This document shows, one piece after another, positions 46,472 through 56,840 of a stretch of DNA of 64,000 nucleotides. The stretch spans positions 10,848 to 74,847 of the forward strand of contig DAOVXQ010000002.1 in the NCBI GenBank assembly GCA_030636025.1. The letters run 5' to 3'. A model generated the notes under the pieces. It was not told where the DNA came from. It saw nothing but the letters and a program-made list of their open reading frames with translations, and did no database searches. Numbering within the stretch: the first letter of the stretch is position 1; every line of letters starts with the position of its first letter. Origin of the DNA: an archaeon. Its GTDB lineage: Archaea; Nanobdellota; Nanobdellia; Pacearchaeales; GW2011-AR1. The position numbers and the translations under genes were made by a program.

Positions 46472-46479
46472 TTTATAAA
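46472..46479 (+). promoter_or_regulatory. TATA box candidate
   Basis: TTTATAAA ends 21 nt before ATG 46501. Confidence 0.45.
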
Positions 46480-46500
46480 GGATTGCATTTTGTTCAGATT

Positions 46501-46827
46501 ATGTCACAATATTATGATGCAATACGAGTCGTTCAAAAAGGAACAAAACTAATATCTAAAGTTGGTAAAAAACCACTACAAAAAGAAAACGAAGTATTAG
46601 TAGGAATTATGAACAATGGACTTTTTGTAGTTGCACCAGATGTAACTTCTAATTACGAATTTGAATATTTTTACGATGCATATTATAATGGAAATTGGCT
46701 TGAAATGAGTGTGTATGCATTGCCAAAAGAGGAAATTAAAAATTGTGAAGACCTTGGAAGAGTATCTACTAAAGACCTAACAAAAATATTAGAAGAACAT
46801 CCTCCGAAAACTGAAAACAGATTCTAA
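46501..46827 (+). CDS. 108-aa hypothetical protein
   Basis: ATG 46501 (MSQYYDAIRV...) is preferred over TTG 46483 because of TATA spacing. Confidence 0.4.
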   Translation: MSQYYDAIRVVQKGTKLISKVGKKPLQKENEVLVGIMNNGLFVVAPDVTSNYEFEYFYDAYYNGNWLEMSVYALPKEEIKNCEDLGRVSTKDLTKILEEHPPKTENRF

Positions 46828-46904
46828 TAAAACCCAAACAATACATTCTAAATATATGCCTGAGGTATAGAAAGTTTAATAAATACTTTTTTGATTTTAA
46901 TGGT

Positions 46905-47540
46905 ATGAAAATACTTAGAAATTTTACAAAGAGGATGTTTAATCTTTTTTTTAAGCGGAAAAAAGATATTAGTCTTGGTTTTTATGGGCCTCCGAATGCA
47001 GGGAAGACTTCTCTTGCGAATAGGATTTGTAAAGATTGGACTGGTGAGGAAATTGGAAAGGTAAGTAGTGTGCCTCATGAAACAAGAAGTGTGCAGTTTA
47101 AAGAAGAGGTTGAAATAAAATATAAAGAGAAAAAATTGAAGTTTAAGTTGATTGATACGCCGGGGATTGCGACTAAAATTGATTATGAGGATTTTATGAA
47201 ATTGAAAATGAAAAAAAAGCAGGCGCAGAAACGGGCGAAAGAGGCGACGCAGGGAATTGTTGAATCTATTAAATGGCTCGACGATGTTAATGCAGTTGTG
47301 ATTGTTTTGGATTCTACAAAGAACCCTTATTCACAGGTGAACATAACTATTGTCGGGAATTTGGTTGCGAGAGATATTCCTGTTTTAATTGTCGGGAATA
47401 AAATTGATTTGAAAAAATCTAATGTTAAAAAAATAGAGGCGTCATTTCCAGATTGTGAGGTCGTTGGAATTTCAGCTAAAAATGGAAAGAATATGGATGA
47501 GTTTTATGAGTCTGTATTTAAGTTGGCGAAGAAAACATAA
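46905..47540 (+). CDS. small GTP-binding protein (Era/EngB-like P-loop GTPase)
   Basis: GPPNAGKTS (G1), DTPG (G3), GNKIDL (G4), SAK (G5). Confidence 0.75.
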   Translation: MKILRNFTKRMFNLFFKRKKDISLGFYGPPNAGKTSLANRICKDWTGEEIGKVSSVPHETRSVQFKEEVEIKYKEKKLKFKLIDTPGIATKIDYEDFMKLKMKKKQAQKRAKEATQGIVESIKWLDDVNAVVIVLDSTKNPYSQVNITIVGNLVARDIPVLIVGNKIDLKKSNVKKIEASFPDCEVVGISAKNGKNMDEFYESVFKLAKKT

Positions 47541-47595
47541 TGAACTTTCTTGGAAAGTTTTAAAAAGTAAAATATATTTTAGAGTATATAGATAG

Positions 47596-47994
47596 ATGGC
47601 AAAGAAAAAAAGAAAAAAAGGTGATGGATTGACGTTGCAGTTTATGCCCTATAGTGAAATATCTGGTTTAGACACTGTTGAGAGAATTAAAAAGTTGTTG
47701 AAAATAATTTTGAATAATAAGGTTTTGATTTTACAGGGACGGTTGGAGCCAGATGAAGAGACAAGATTAATAGAAAATACAATGATTATGATTGGGAACA
47801 TTAAGGGATTTAAGGGGGTTGAGTTGGCGGTTATTTCTCAGGATTCTGAAAACCGGAATTTTTTTCAGAAAATGAAATTTGGAATTGCAAGAGTTCTTGT
47901 TGGACAGCAAGATTCACTTACAATAATCGGACCTGCGACAATTGTCAAGGAAATGAAAAAAGACCCTCAGAAGTTAGAAGTTATGATGCGGTGA
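47596..47994 (+). CDS. conserved archaeal GTPase-associated protein (DUF2073-like)
   Basis: Small protein directly after the GTPase. The family assignment is from memory of this archaeal gene pair, not from a search. Confidence 0.35.
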   Translation: MAKKKRKKGDGLTLQFMPYSEISGLDTVERIKKLLKIILNNKVLILQGRLEPDEETRLIENTMIMIGNIKGFKGVELAVISQDSENRNFFQKMKFGIARVLVGQQDSLTIIGPATIVKEMKKDPQKLEVMMR

Positions 47995-48066
47995 TTTTGG
48001 ATTAGGATAATTAGGGATTGTTAAATAAGGCATTGTTAGGAATTTTTTTAAAGTTTAGAAGGAATA

Positions 48067-48074
48067 TTTATAAA
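48067..48074 (+). promoter_or_regulatory. TATA box candidate
   Basis: TTTATAAA ends 27 nt before ATG 48102. Confidence 0.4.
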
Positions 48075-48101
48075 CTCTTTTAGATTAATTAGTTTGTAAA
48101 A

Positions 48102-50645
48102 ATGGGGAAGAAAAATTTTGTATTTTGTTTATTTTTAATTTTAAGTATTAGTGTAGTTTGTGCAGCTCAAGGAGTAGATTATGATAATGAAGGAAATATA
48201 ATCCATAAAAATGAACCAGTTTATGTTGATGTTATGCCTGGAGATAATCTTAACGATATTTCTGGAGGAATAGATATAGTTAATGGAGAAGATAATTCCA
48301 TTATTTATATTATTATGGGAATTTCAATTATCCTTGCAATTATTATTTTTATTGTAATTTTTAGGGTTTTAAAAAAGAAAAACCCATCTAACGCTCAAGT
48401 TGTTAATAAGAAATTAGTAGGGATTTTTCTTTTTATTTTTTTAGGATTATTTTTAATTAGTTTTGTTGATGCAGAAAATGCTTTTAAAACATCTGGTCCA
48501 ACAAATGCTCATGCGGGAACAATGGCAAGTGCTTATGGGCATACAATTTTATTAGACCATGATATTCTAGGAGATACTAACAATCAATTGTGGTTAGTTG
48601 CAGATACTAATTCACATGTATCTACGACATCTACCGAGAGATATAATATGGGAATAGATTTAGGACAAGTCTATCATACTTGTTCACTAAATACTGGTGG
48701 CAGTAGTTGTCCTACAGGAAAAGAATGTATAATAGAAATGTCTGGTAGTACAAATGCTCATGTTGCTGATTGTGGGAGTAATTTATATGATGCTTTTTGT
48801 TGTGATTATTATTTTTGTGGTGATGAAATTGTAACTGCCTCAATTGGTGAAGGGTGTGATGGAACAAATTTAAATGGGATTTCTACTTGTGAAGAGTATA
48901 GTGCAGGAACTGTTGGAACATTAACTTGTGATAGTTGTTCTTATAGTGGATGTAGTTTATTAAATTGTCCTGATGTACCTGGTTGTGTTGTAGGAACTCC
49001 TGATGCAAATGAATGTGATGGAACTACAAAATATGATTGTGAAATGGATGTAGCTGAAGAATGTATAGAAAAAGTTAATGAAGTTGATTGTACAACCTCT
49101 GGGGATATTTGTTTAGATGAATCTGGTTGTGTTGATTGTGTTGATGATGATGATTGTTCTTTGCCTTCTGGAAAAAATCCAGGGGATTTAGTTGATGGAA
49201 CTTATTATTGTAATGGTGCAATTACTCATGAATGCAGAGATTATTATGATTCTGCACCAAATCCTATATGTACTGAAGATAATACTTGCCAAATAGATAT
49301 TACTCCTGTTTGTGAGGAGTGTGCATTAGAATGTGATTCTGGAACAGGGAGATGTAATGAGGGATGTGAAGTAACTGATACTGAACATTATCAAAAGTGT
49401 TATAATGGTGATGTTTATTGGTATGATAATTGTGATGGTCTGCAGGCACTTGTTGTGGATTGTGGTTCTAGTTCTTGTGTTTGGGATTCGTGGAGTTGCC
49501 CGACTGGTTCTATCTGGACTCGAAGTAAGACAGGCATAGATTATTATTGTGATGAAATCAGTGTATCTTGTAAAACTAAAGCTTGTTCTGGGTCTGGAAC
49601 AGTTAATTGCGGGACAGATAATCAAATTTGTGGGGAATCTGCAACAGAATGTATTACTGCAATATACTGGGCAGATATGAATGGAGATATTCTAAATCCT
49701 GCTAAAGCCCAGATTGGCGATAGTGTTTTGATGGTGTATGAACAAGAAGGAGATTATACTTCTTTAACTTTTGATATTTATGAAAATGATTTAGATTTAG
49801 GGACAGGTTTAGCAGACGATGAAATAAAAACAGGAATTGAATCATTTGAATTAAATGGGAGGACTGTTGCCAAATGGGAAATAACTACTGAGGATTTAAC
49901 TAAAACTTCTGATTATCAAGAATTTGAATTTCGAGTTGATAGTAAAACAAGTGGTTATTTAGAAATAATTATAACAGAATCAAACTCTCGCCCTTCAATA
50001 ACTATTGCAAAACCTGTTGATGGCGGGGAATATACTATTGATTATAATTCTGGAGACGAAACAGAAGCTATTGAATTTGAGCAATTTAGTTCTGATGTGG
50101 ATGATGATTTGAAAGTTATTTGGGATTTTGGGGATGGAAGCGAGAGTGATTGGTTTGAGAATTGTTTGACTGGCGGGGATTGTGACACAACACATAAGTA
50201 TGATGCTTCAGGAACTAAAACAATATTTGCAACTGCTGAGGAAATGACTCGTGGGCAATCTGCAATAGATTATTCTAATATTTATGTTTACAAAATTGGA
50301 ATAAATGTATTTTCTAAAATCGCGAGTCCGATTGTTGAGGGGCGGGTTGTTCAGATGGATGGGAGTGATAGTTTTGTTTGTGAATGTACAGATATAGAAC
50401 AGACTGGTGCTGGATGGTATAAAATTAATCAACTAAGTGGGCCAAATTTATGGTGTAAGAATTTTATAATTGAAGAGGATTATGATTTTATTTTCCAGTG
50501 GGTTTTTGATAAGGGAACAAATGATGAAGAAACAAAAATTGGAATGTGGAGCACTGATTACTACGATGTTGTTGAGTTTACTCATTTCTTTCCTGATTTG
50601 GGTGTGCATACTGTTGAATTAGATGTTGGTTATATTGCGAATTGA
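48102..50645 (+). CDS. large Cys-rich surface protein with a PKD-like domain
   Basis: Signal peptide, an internal TM-like segment, dense Cys and repeated TNAH motifs, and VIWDFGDGSESD...HKYDASGTKTIFA (PKD-like). Confidence 0.55.
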   Translation: MGKKNFVFCLFLILSISVVCAAQGVDYDNEGNIIHKNEPVYVDVMPGDNLNDISGGIDIVNGEDNSIIYIIMGISIILAIIIFIVIFRVLKKKNPSNAQVVNKKLVGIFLFIFLGLFLISFVDAENAFKTSGPTNAHAGTMASAYGHTILLDHDILGDTNNQLWLVADTNSHVSTTSTERYNMGIDLGQVYHTCSLNTGGSSCPTGKECIIEMSGSTNAHVADCGSNLYDAFCCDYYFCGDEIVTASIGEGCDGTNLNGISTCEEYSAGTVGTLTCDSCSYSGCSLLNCPDVPGCVVGTPDANECDGTTKYDCEMDVAEECIEKVNEVDCTTSGDICLDESGCVDCVDDDDCSLPSGKNPGDLVDGTYYCNGAITHECRDYYDSAPNPICTEDNTCQIDITPVCEECALECDSGTGRCNEGCEVTDTEHYQKCYNGDVYWYDNCDGLQALVVDCGSSSCVWDSWSCPTGSIWTRSKTGIDYYCDEISVSCKTKACSGSGTVNCGTDNQICGESATECITAIYWADMNGDILNPAKAQIGDSVLMVYEQEGDYTSLTFDIYENDLDLGTGLADDEIKTGIESFELNGRTVAKWEITTEDLTKTSDYQEFEFRVDSKTSGYLEIIITESNSRPSITIAKPVDGGEYTIDYNSGDETEAIEFEQFSSDVDDDLKVIWDFGDGSESDWFENCLTGGDCDTTHKYDASGTKTIFATAEEMTRGQSAIDYSNIYVYKIGINVFSKIASPIVEGRVVQMDGSDSFVCECTDIEQTGAGWYKINQLSGPNLWCKNFIIEEDYDFIFQWVFDKGTNDEETKIGMWSTDYYDVVEFTHFFPDLGVHTVELDVGYIAN

Positions 50646-50699
50646 TTTTATGAGATTTATTTCACAAATATTTATATACATTCTTTACATCCTTCTGAC

Positions 50700-51086
50700 A
50701 TGCCACACCAATGCACACATTGCGGGGAAATATATCCTGATGCGTCTGAAGAACTTTTGAAAGGATGTAGTTGTGGTGCTAAATTTTTTTATTATATTAA
50801 GCAGGAAAAAGTTGATGAATTGCATAAAATTAGGGAACAGATAATTGAACTTCCGAAAGAGGATAAGATTCAGATTGAGAAAGATATTCGGGAGATTACT
50901 GGAATGGATGAGGAGCCAGATAAGCCAGTGATTCTGGATTTAGAGTCTATCCGGACGCTTGAGCCAGGGAAATTTGAGATTGATATTGTAAATCTTTTTA
51001 AGAAAGACAGACCTTTGATTTATAATTTAGAAAAAGGAAAATATATTATTGATTTGAGTAGTATTAGTCCTAAGAAGAAAGATTGA
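50700..51086 (+). CDS. Zn-ribbon protein (DUF2072-like)
   Basis: MPHQCTHCGEIYPDASEELLKGCSCGAKFFYY is an N-terminal CxxC...CxC ribbon. Confidence 0.45.
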   Translation: MPHQCTHCGEIYPDASEELLKGCSCGAKFFYYIKQEKVDELHKIREQIIELPKEDKIQIEKDIREITGMDEEPDKPVILDLESIRTLEPGKFEIDIVNLFKKDRPLIYNLEKGKYIIDLSSISPKKKD

Positions 51087-51092
51087 ACTTAA

Positions 51093-51791
51093 TCACTTCC
51101 TTAATTTTTTATCACTAATAATTTTTCCATCTTTTAATTTTATTAATCTTGAGGCATATTTTGTGTGCCATTGCTCGTGGGTGACCATCACAATTGTTTG
51201 CCTGAAATTTTTGTTAAGATTTCTTAAAACTTCTAATACTTGTTCAGATGTATGGGTGTCTAAATTTGCACAAGGTTCGTCGGCAAATAGGATTTTTGGT
51301 TTTTTTGCTATTGCTCTTGCAACAGCAACTCTTTGTTTTTCCCCGCCAGAAAGCTGGTCTGGAATTCTATCTCCCTTATTACCTAACCCAACTTTCTCCA
51401 ATGCCTCCTGAGCAGTTGCAATAGATTCTTTTTTTGTATTTCCTTCCATTAAAGACAAAACATAAACATTTTCTAAGGCACTCATTTCATTCATCAGGGC
51501 ATAATCTTGAAATACATAACCTAATTGGGTTAATCGATAATATGTTCTTTCTTCTTCTGGCAATTCTTCGACATTTAATCCTTGAACTGAATATTCTCCT
51601 TTTGTTAAATCATCCATTAATCCAAGGATTCTTAACATTGTTGTTTTCCCGCTTCCACTTGCACCCATTACTGCGATAAACTCTCCCTCTTTGATTTCAA
51701 AACTAACACCATCTAATGCCCGGACAATTCCTTCTCCAGACTTATAATGTCTTTCCATATTCTTTACTTTAATTAATGTTTTTTCTTTCAT
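51093..51791 (-). CDS. ABC transporter ATP-binding protein (MacB/LolD-like)
   Basis: GASGSGKTT Walker A, LSGGEKQRVAVARA signature, ILFADEP Walker B. Confidence 0.9.
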   Translation of the reverse strand: MKEKTLIKVKNMERHYKSGEGIVRALDGVSFEIKEGEFIAVMGASGSGKTTMLRILGLMDDLTKGEYSVQGLNVEELPEEERTYYRLTQLGYVFQDYALMNEMSALENVYVLSLMEGNTKKESIATAQEALEKVGLGNKGDRIPDQLSGGEKQRVAVARAIAKKPKILFADEPCANLDTHTSEQVLEVLRNLNKNFRQTIVMVTHEQWHTKYASRLIKLKDGKIISDKKLRK

Positions 51792-51792
51792 T

Positions 51793-52998
51793 TTATCGTC
51801 CCCAAATTGCATCCAATATATTTTCTTTTGAAACTCTCCAAGCAGGAAGTATTCCTGCGATAACTGACAGGATAAGCATTGTGAAAATGCTATTAATTAT
51901 CAATCCTACTTGAATTTCTGGGATAATTGTCATTGTTTCATAAAATGTTACAGGATTTATTGTGAAATAAAACATAAGAAAAAAATATAAAATTAATCCT
52001 GCGATAATTCCTAAAGACACATAAAACATGCTGATAAATGCATAAGACAAGACGATTGAATGAGGAGATATGCCTACTGCTTTTAAGATTCCTATTTCTT
52101 TTTTTCTGTTTAGGACATTTATATAAATGATTATTAAAATTAATGCTGCGCCGACGATTAAACTTACAAATTTTGATACGACGTCTATCATTCCAATACT
52201 TTGCATTGCTTGTCTAAGTATTGCATCTGATTTTTCGTCTCTTGTAAAAACAGGTTCTTTGACTCCTGCTGTGATTATCTTCTCTTTTGTTTCGGCAACC
52301 TCCTCGAGGTTTTTTACCCTTACAACTACGCTTGTTGCTTTGCCATCATCAACTCCAAATACATCTTCAATCTCTTTGTAATGAACTAATGCATTAAGGT
52401 CAACAAGTTCAAATGTGCCTTCCATTATTCCCTTGACTTTGTAAGTTCTTTCTTCCCCGTTACTGTATGTTACATCAACTAGTGAACCGACCCTTACTGC
52501 ACCCAAATTATCATAAATTTCAGAACCAAAATAACCTTCTACAAGCATTGCCCCGATTATTATTTCGTCTCGTGAAATATCTCCTAAAAATTCTCCTTCA
52601 GTTATTATGTTAGGATATTCTGAGACGCCGTATTCTTCAGAGGGCAATATTCCGATTATTGATGAACCTACAACTTTTTGTTTGTATTGAATAGATGCCC
52701 CTGCATCTAATCTTTTTGTTGCAAATGTAACATCTGGAACGGTTCTTACTTTTTGCAAAACATTGTCTGCATTATTTATGTAAATGTTATCTCCACTTGG
52801 CTCAACAACAATATCCCCATAAGGATATTGCATAAATCCAGTAAATAACCCCATCATTCCCCCAATCATTGATGGCAAAAACACTAAATTCATAAAAATT
52901 AATGCTAAAACAAAAACAATAAATGTCAGGGTTTTTTTGTTTCCCCTTTTTATAGAACTTTTTGCACTTAGTAATCCAACTTTAATATCGTTAAGCAT
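51793..52998 (-). CDS. ABC transporter permease, FtsX/MacB-like
   Basis: N-terminal TM helix, large extracytoplasmic domain, and a C-terminal 3-TM FtsX-type domain. Confidence 0.8.
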   Translation of the reverse strand: MLNDIKVGLLSAKSSIKRGNKKTLTFIVFVLALIFMNLVFLPSMIGGMMGLFTGFMQYPYGDIVVEPSGDNIYINNADNVLQKVRTVPDVTFATKRLDAGASIQYKQKVVGSSIIGILPSEEYGVSEYPNIITEGEFLGDISRDEIIIGAMLVEGYFGSEIYDNLGAVRVGSLVDVTYSNGEERTYKVKGIMEGTFELVDLNALVHYKEIEDVFGVDDGKATSVVVRVKNLEEVAETKEKIITAGVKEPVFTRDEKSDAILRQAMQSIGMIDVVSKFVSLIVGAALILIIIYINVLNRKKEIGILKAVGISPHSIVLSYAFISMFYVSLGIIAGLILYFFLMFYFTINPVTFYETMTIIPEIQVGLIINSIFTMLILSVIAGILPAWRVSKENILDAIWGR

Positions 52999-53004
52999 TT
53001 TCCC

Positions 53005-53907
53005 TTATTTTTTCTTCAAGGATTTTTTATTTTTCTCGCCTGAATCATTTCCCTTGAGAAGTTGTTGAATTATTTTATCTTTTGATTTTTTTGTTTTGAG
53101 AAAATAATATGTCCCTGCTCCGAGAATAGCAATTATTAAAACTGTGAGGATAATTATCCCGATATTTGATTTTTTCTTTAGCACATTGAGATTTATATTT
53201 GTTTTTATTTCATTATCTCCGAAATCGTCTTTGTATGAAATTGTAACTGGGAATTCGAATTCACCTGCCTTATCGACGATAAATGTCATAACTGCAGGAC
53301 CATCCTCATCTGAATCAAGTGCCCCAATAAATGATTGTTTTAATCCCTGAAATGGGTGTTCTAAATATACTCCTACTGATTTTGCAGTTCCGTCTCCTGT
53401 GTTTTCAATTCTCATAGTTAGTTCAACGGTATCTTCTTCTCTTGGGAGCACAGGATCTGTTTTAAGGGATGCTATCCCTAACTCTGCTTTATCTCCAATG
53501 ATATTAAATGTGATTTCATCATCATTTGATAATAAGTATCCTTTTTCTCCGTATGATAGTCTTGTTTTAATTACGTGGATGCCGGGTTGAGCATCTGCTT
53601 TTGTTTTTATATGGTATGTTAAGAATCTCTCGCTGTTTCCATAGGCTAATGTTGATATGCTTATGATTAATGGTTCTTTAATTTCAATGTCGACGGGAGG
53701 GTTTAATAATTCGAAAGAAACATATTCGGGTGTTTCGTCTCCGCAGTTTTCAATTTGCACCCCGATTGTGAATTCTTCTCCAATTCCAATTGAACTTGGA
53801 CTAATGTCTGAAACTTCTGCAGTCACACAATAACCCTCGCTTAATGCTGAGACACTGTTTAGTAAAAATAAAAATACAAATGCCAACATAATCCCTCTTT
53901 TTATCAT
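53005..53907 (-). CDS. secreted CARDB/S-layer-like protein with a C-terminal TM anchor
   Basis: Signal peptide, two beta-rich repeats (ENCGDETPEYV / ENTGDGTAKSV), then a TM helix and basic tail. Co-operonic with the FtsX/ABC genes. Confidence 0.55.
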   Translation of the reverse strand: MIKRGIMLAFVFLFLLNSVSALSEGYCVTAEVSDISPSSIGIGEEFTIGVQIENCGDETPEYVSFELLNPPVDIEIKEPLIISISTLAYGNSERFLTYHIKTKADAQPGIHVIKTRLSYGEKGYLLSNDDEITFNIIGDKAELGIASLKTDPVLPREEDTVELTMRIENTGDGTAKSVGVYLEHPFQGLKQSFIGALDSDEDGPAVMTFIVDKAGEFEFPVTISYKDDFGDNEIKTNINLNVLKKKSNIGIIILTVLIIAILGAGTYYFLKTKKSKDKIIQQLLKGNDSGEKNKKSLKKK

Positions 53908-54010
53908 TTTATTTAACCGAAGCAACCATCACCTAAGGGTATTAAAGTTTACTGGTATTTAAATCTTTTATTTTAGTAATCTTTAAATAATCTATTTTAT
54001 TATTTGGATT

Positions 54011-54274
54011 ATGATAAATAATGTTTATTTAAAATGCACTGCGATAAATGAAGGACAATTCAGTAATGAGTCTGCTGTTAGGGTAATTGATTATGAAGGA
54101 AATGAATCTTCTGGATTTTTTAAAAATAAGTCAATTAAAAATGGAATGTTGGAAGTTGGTGTTTTGGATAAAAATGAGAATTTGTTCTTGATAGGATTGC
54201 CTGGAAGATTAGAAAATTTGGGAGCCACAAATTATCTAACTGTTAAAAAAGAACAGCTTGAATTTGAAAACTAA
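54011..54274 (+). CDS. 87-aa hypothetical protein
   Basis: Clean ORF with no family recognised. Confidence 0.35.
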   Translation: MINNVYLKCTAINEGQFSNESAVRVIDYEGNESSGFFKNKSIKNGMLEVGVLDKNENLFLIGLPGRLENLGATNYLTVKKEQLEFEN

Positions 54275-54305
54275 GTTTTAAATAGATTAAATAATTTATA
54301 ATTTT

Positions 54306-55559
54306 ATGAATCCCCTTAAAAAAGTTTTTAGTGAACAGCTTGAATTAATTAAACCTTCTAAAGAGATTGTTGAAAAAATTGAAAGGATTACTAGTGATTT
54401 TTGTAAAAAATTAAAACAGACTTTGAAAAAGAAAAAAATAAATGCAGATGTTTTTGTTGGTGGGAGTTTGGCTAAAGGAACTTTAATTAAAAAAAATAAA
54501 TATGATGTAGATGTTTTTGTCAGGTTTAATAAAAAATATCGAGGGAAAGATATATCTAAATTATTGGGAAGAGCTTTAGGGAAAAAAGTCAAAAAGGTTC
54601 ATGGCTCAAGAGATTATTATCAATTAAATATTAAGGAGATTATTATTGAAATTGTTCCTGTTCTTGGTGTTAAATCTCCTGAAGATGCTGAAAATGTTAC
54701 TGATTTAAGTTATTTTCATGTGAGTTATTTATTAAAGAAAATAAAAAGAAAAAAGAAAATTGCTCAGGAGATAATGATTGCTAAAGCTTTTTGTTATGCC
54801 CAGAATTGCTATGGTGCAGAGAGTTACATTAATGGGTTTTCAGGATATGCTTTAGAATTATTAATGTGTCATTACAAAAGTTTTGAGAAATTTTTAAAAG
54901 AAATTGTTAAGAATAAAGAAAGGATAATTATTGATGATGCTAAATTTTTCAAAAGAAAAAAAGATGTTTTAATTGAGGTAAACAAATCCAAAACACAAAG
55001 TCCAATTATTTTAATTGACCCGACATTTAAGGAAAGAAATGCTTTAGCTGGTTTGAATGCAGAAACTTTTGATAAGTTTAAAGAGGGAAGTAAAAAGTTT
55101 TTGAAAAATCCGAGTTCTAAGTTTTTTGAAAAGATAAATGTTGGTGAGAAGATAAAGAAAAAATATGGTAAAAAATTAAAGATAATAAAAATTAAAACAA
55201 TTAAACAGGCAGGAGATATTGCTGGAACTAAATCCAAAAAATTCTTTAAATTTTTTGTTCATAAATTAAATAAAGAATTTGTGGTTAAAAAAAAGGAGTT
55301 TGAATATGATGATAAAAAAAATATTGCATATTTTTATCTTGTTTTAGATAAAAAGAGAGACGAGATTATTAGGGGGCCTGCTATTTCAGATAAAAAGAAT
55401 TTTATTGGTTTTAAGAAAGTGCATAAAAATGCTTTTGTAAAAAAAGATTTTGCTTATATTAAAATAAAACATAATTTAAGTTTTGAAAATTGGTTTAAAA
55501 TATTTATAAAAAAAGATAGAAAGATAATAAAACAGATGAGCGTAGATAAGATTATTTAA
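54306..55559 (+). CDS. cca: archaeal class I CCA-adding enzyme
   Basis: VFVGGSLAKGTLIKKNKYDVDVFVRF nucleotidyltransferase motif. Size and context are consistent with the tRNA gene lacking an encoded CCA. Confidence 0.8.
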   Translation: MNPLKKVFSEQLELIKPSKEIVEKIERITSDFCKKLKQTLKKKKINADVFVGGSLAKGTLIKKNKYDVDVFVRFNKKYRGKDISKLLGRALGKKVKKVHGSRDYYQLNIKEIIIEIVPVLGVKSPEDAENVTDLSYFHVSYLLKKIKRKKKIAQEIMIAKAFCYAQNCYGAESYINGFSGYALELLMCHYKSFEKFLKEIVKNKERIIIDDAKFFKRKKDVLIEVNKSKTQSPIILIDPTFKERNALAGLNAETFDKFKEGSKKFLKNPSSKFFEKINVGEKIKKKYGKKLKIIKIKTIKQAGDIAGTKSKKFFKFFVHKLNKEFVVKKKEFEYDDKKNIAYFYLVLDKKRDEIIRGPAISDKKNFIGFKKVHKNAFVKKDFAYIKIKHNLSFENWFKIFIKKDRKIIKQMSVDKII

Positions 55560-55909
55560 TATCTTGGACAATCTTCCTTATTCATACATATTTGATGAAT
55601 TCTTAATGTTGCTTTTTTTATGATTTCTTCAAAAATATTTCCTTCAAGATTTTTATTTCTTAAAGTTGTTTGTATTTTCTTTAAACAGTTATTATAAATT
55701 TCTTCTCTTTTAAGGCGACTGAGGTCCCTAAAATTTGGTTCTTCTCTTCTAATCATTTTCAAATATTTCGCTAATTCTAATCTGGCTCTAGGATAATTTC
55801 TGTCTATATGTTTTTCTGTTTCAGGGTCTTTTCCATCATATTGAAAAGCAAGGGGAGGTACAGGGCCTTTATTCATTGAAGGGCATATTATTTTTATTAT
55901 ATCTTCCAT
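55556..55909 (-). CDS. 117-aa hypothetical protein
   Basis: Clean ORF with no family recognised. Confidence 0.4.
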   Translation of the reverse strand: MEDIIKIICPSMNKGPVPPLAFQYDGKDPETEKHIDRNYPRARLELAKYLKMIRREEPNFRDLSRLKREEIYNNCLKKIQTTLRNKNLEGNIFEEIIKKATLRIHQICMNKEDCPRY

Positions 55910-55939
55910 TTATTTTATAAGAAATACCATCTTTTGAAT

Positions 55940-56719
55940 TTAATTTTTTATTGCTTGGTCAAATAAAAAACTAAGTGTGGCTGCGAAAAATTTTGTGTTT
56001 AACCAGATTGCTAATTCTTCCTCGGGTTGCCCTATTTTTGAAATTGTAAATAAAACCTGGCTGTTATCTGAAATATAAAATTTAGAATCTATGTTTATTG
56101 CTTTTGCTTTTATTTTATATTTAAAATTAATTTTTTTTATTTCTTTTTCATCTCCTGAAAGAGCGATTTTCATATTTATGTTTGCTTTTTTTAATCTTTC
56201 AAATATTACTGAAAAAAATCTTGATTTGTTTTGTATTTCTTGGACAGATGTGCAGATAATTACTTCTTTTTCTGCACTTTCTAAAATTTCTTTTATATGG
56301 CTATAAATTGTTGATTTTCCTTTTATTGCTCCCGAGATGTCTTCGTGCCTTATCGGCTGTATCCCGACATCATAAAGCTGTTCTAATTCTGCATACTCTT
56401 TTGTTTTTTTAAGTTCTGAAAGAATTTTAACTTTATTATCTGCATATTTCATTGTTTTTGTTTTTAGTTTTTCTAAGATTAAATTAGGTTTAACTGCAAT
56501 ATATTTAACTGGTTTTCCTAATTTCATTATTGCAAATCCCTGCTTTTCTAAAGATTCAAGAACATCGTATGTTCTACTTCTTGGAACTTCTGACATCTCA
56601 GCGATTTCTCCGGCAGAAGCAACGCCCTTGCTAAGCAATGCTAACCAAACTTTTGTTTCATAAATATTCAGATTAAAATAATCTTTAATTTGTTTTACAA
56701 GTTCTTGTTTAATTATCAT
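55940..56719 (-). CDS. trmB: TrmB-family transcriptional regulator
   Basis: YETKVWLALLSKGVASAGEIAEMSEVPRSRTYDVLESLEKQGF wHTH plus a C-terminal effector-type domain. Confidence 0.85.
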   Translation of the reverse strand: MIIKQELVKQIKDYFNLNIYETKVWLALLSKGVASAGEIAEMSEVPRSRTYDVLESLEKQGFAIMKLGKPVKYIAVKPNLILEKLKTKTMKYADNKVKILSELKKTKEYAELEQLYDVGIQPIRHEDISGAIKGKSTIYSHIKEILESAEKEVIICTSVQEIQNKSRFFSVIFERLKKANINMKIALSGDEKEIKKINFKYKIKAKAINIDSKFYISDNSQVLFTISKIGQPEEELAIWLNTKFFAATLSFLFDQAIKN

Positions 56720-56840
56720 TTGTTTTGCTTATCTTCTTATTTTTCTTAGAAAAATGGCTTTATAAAGTTTGGGATTGTGTTATTACTGGGCAATTAGGAC
56801 AAATAACAAGATTTAAAAAGTGGCTTTTTTTTATTGGATT

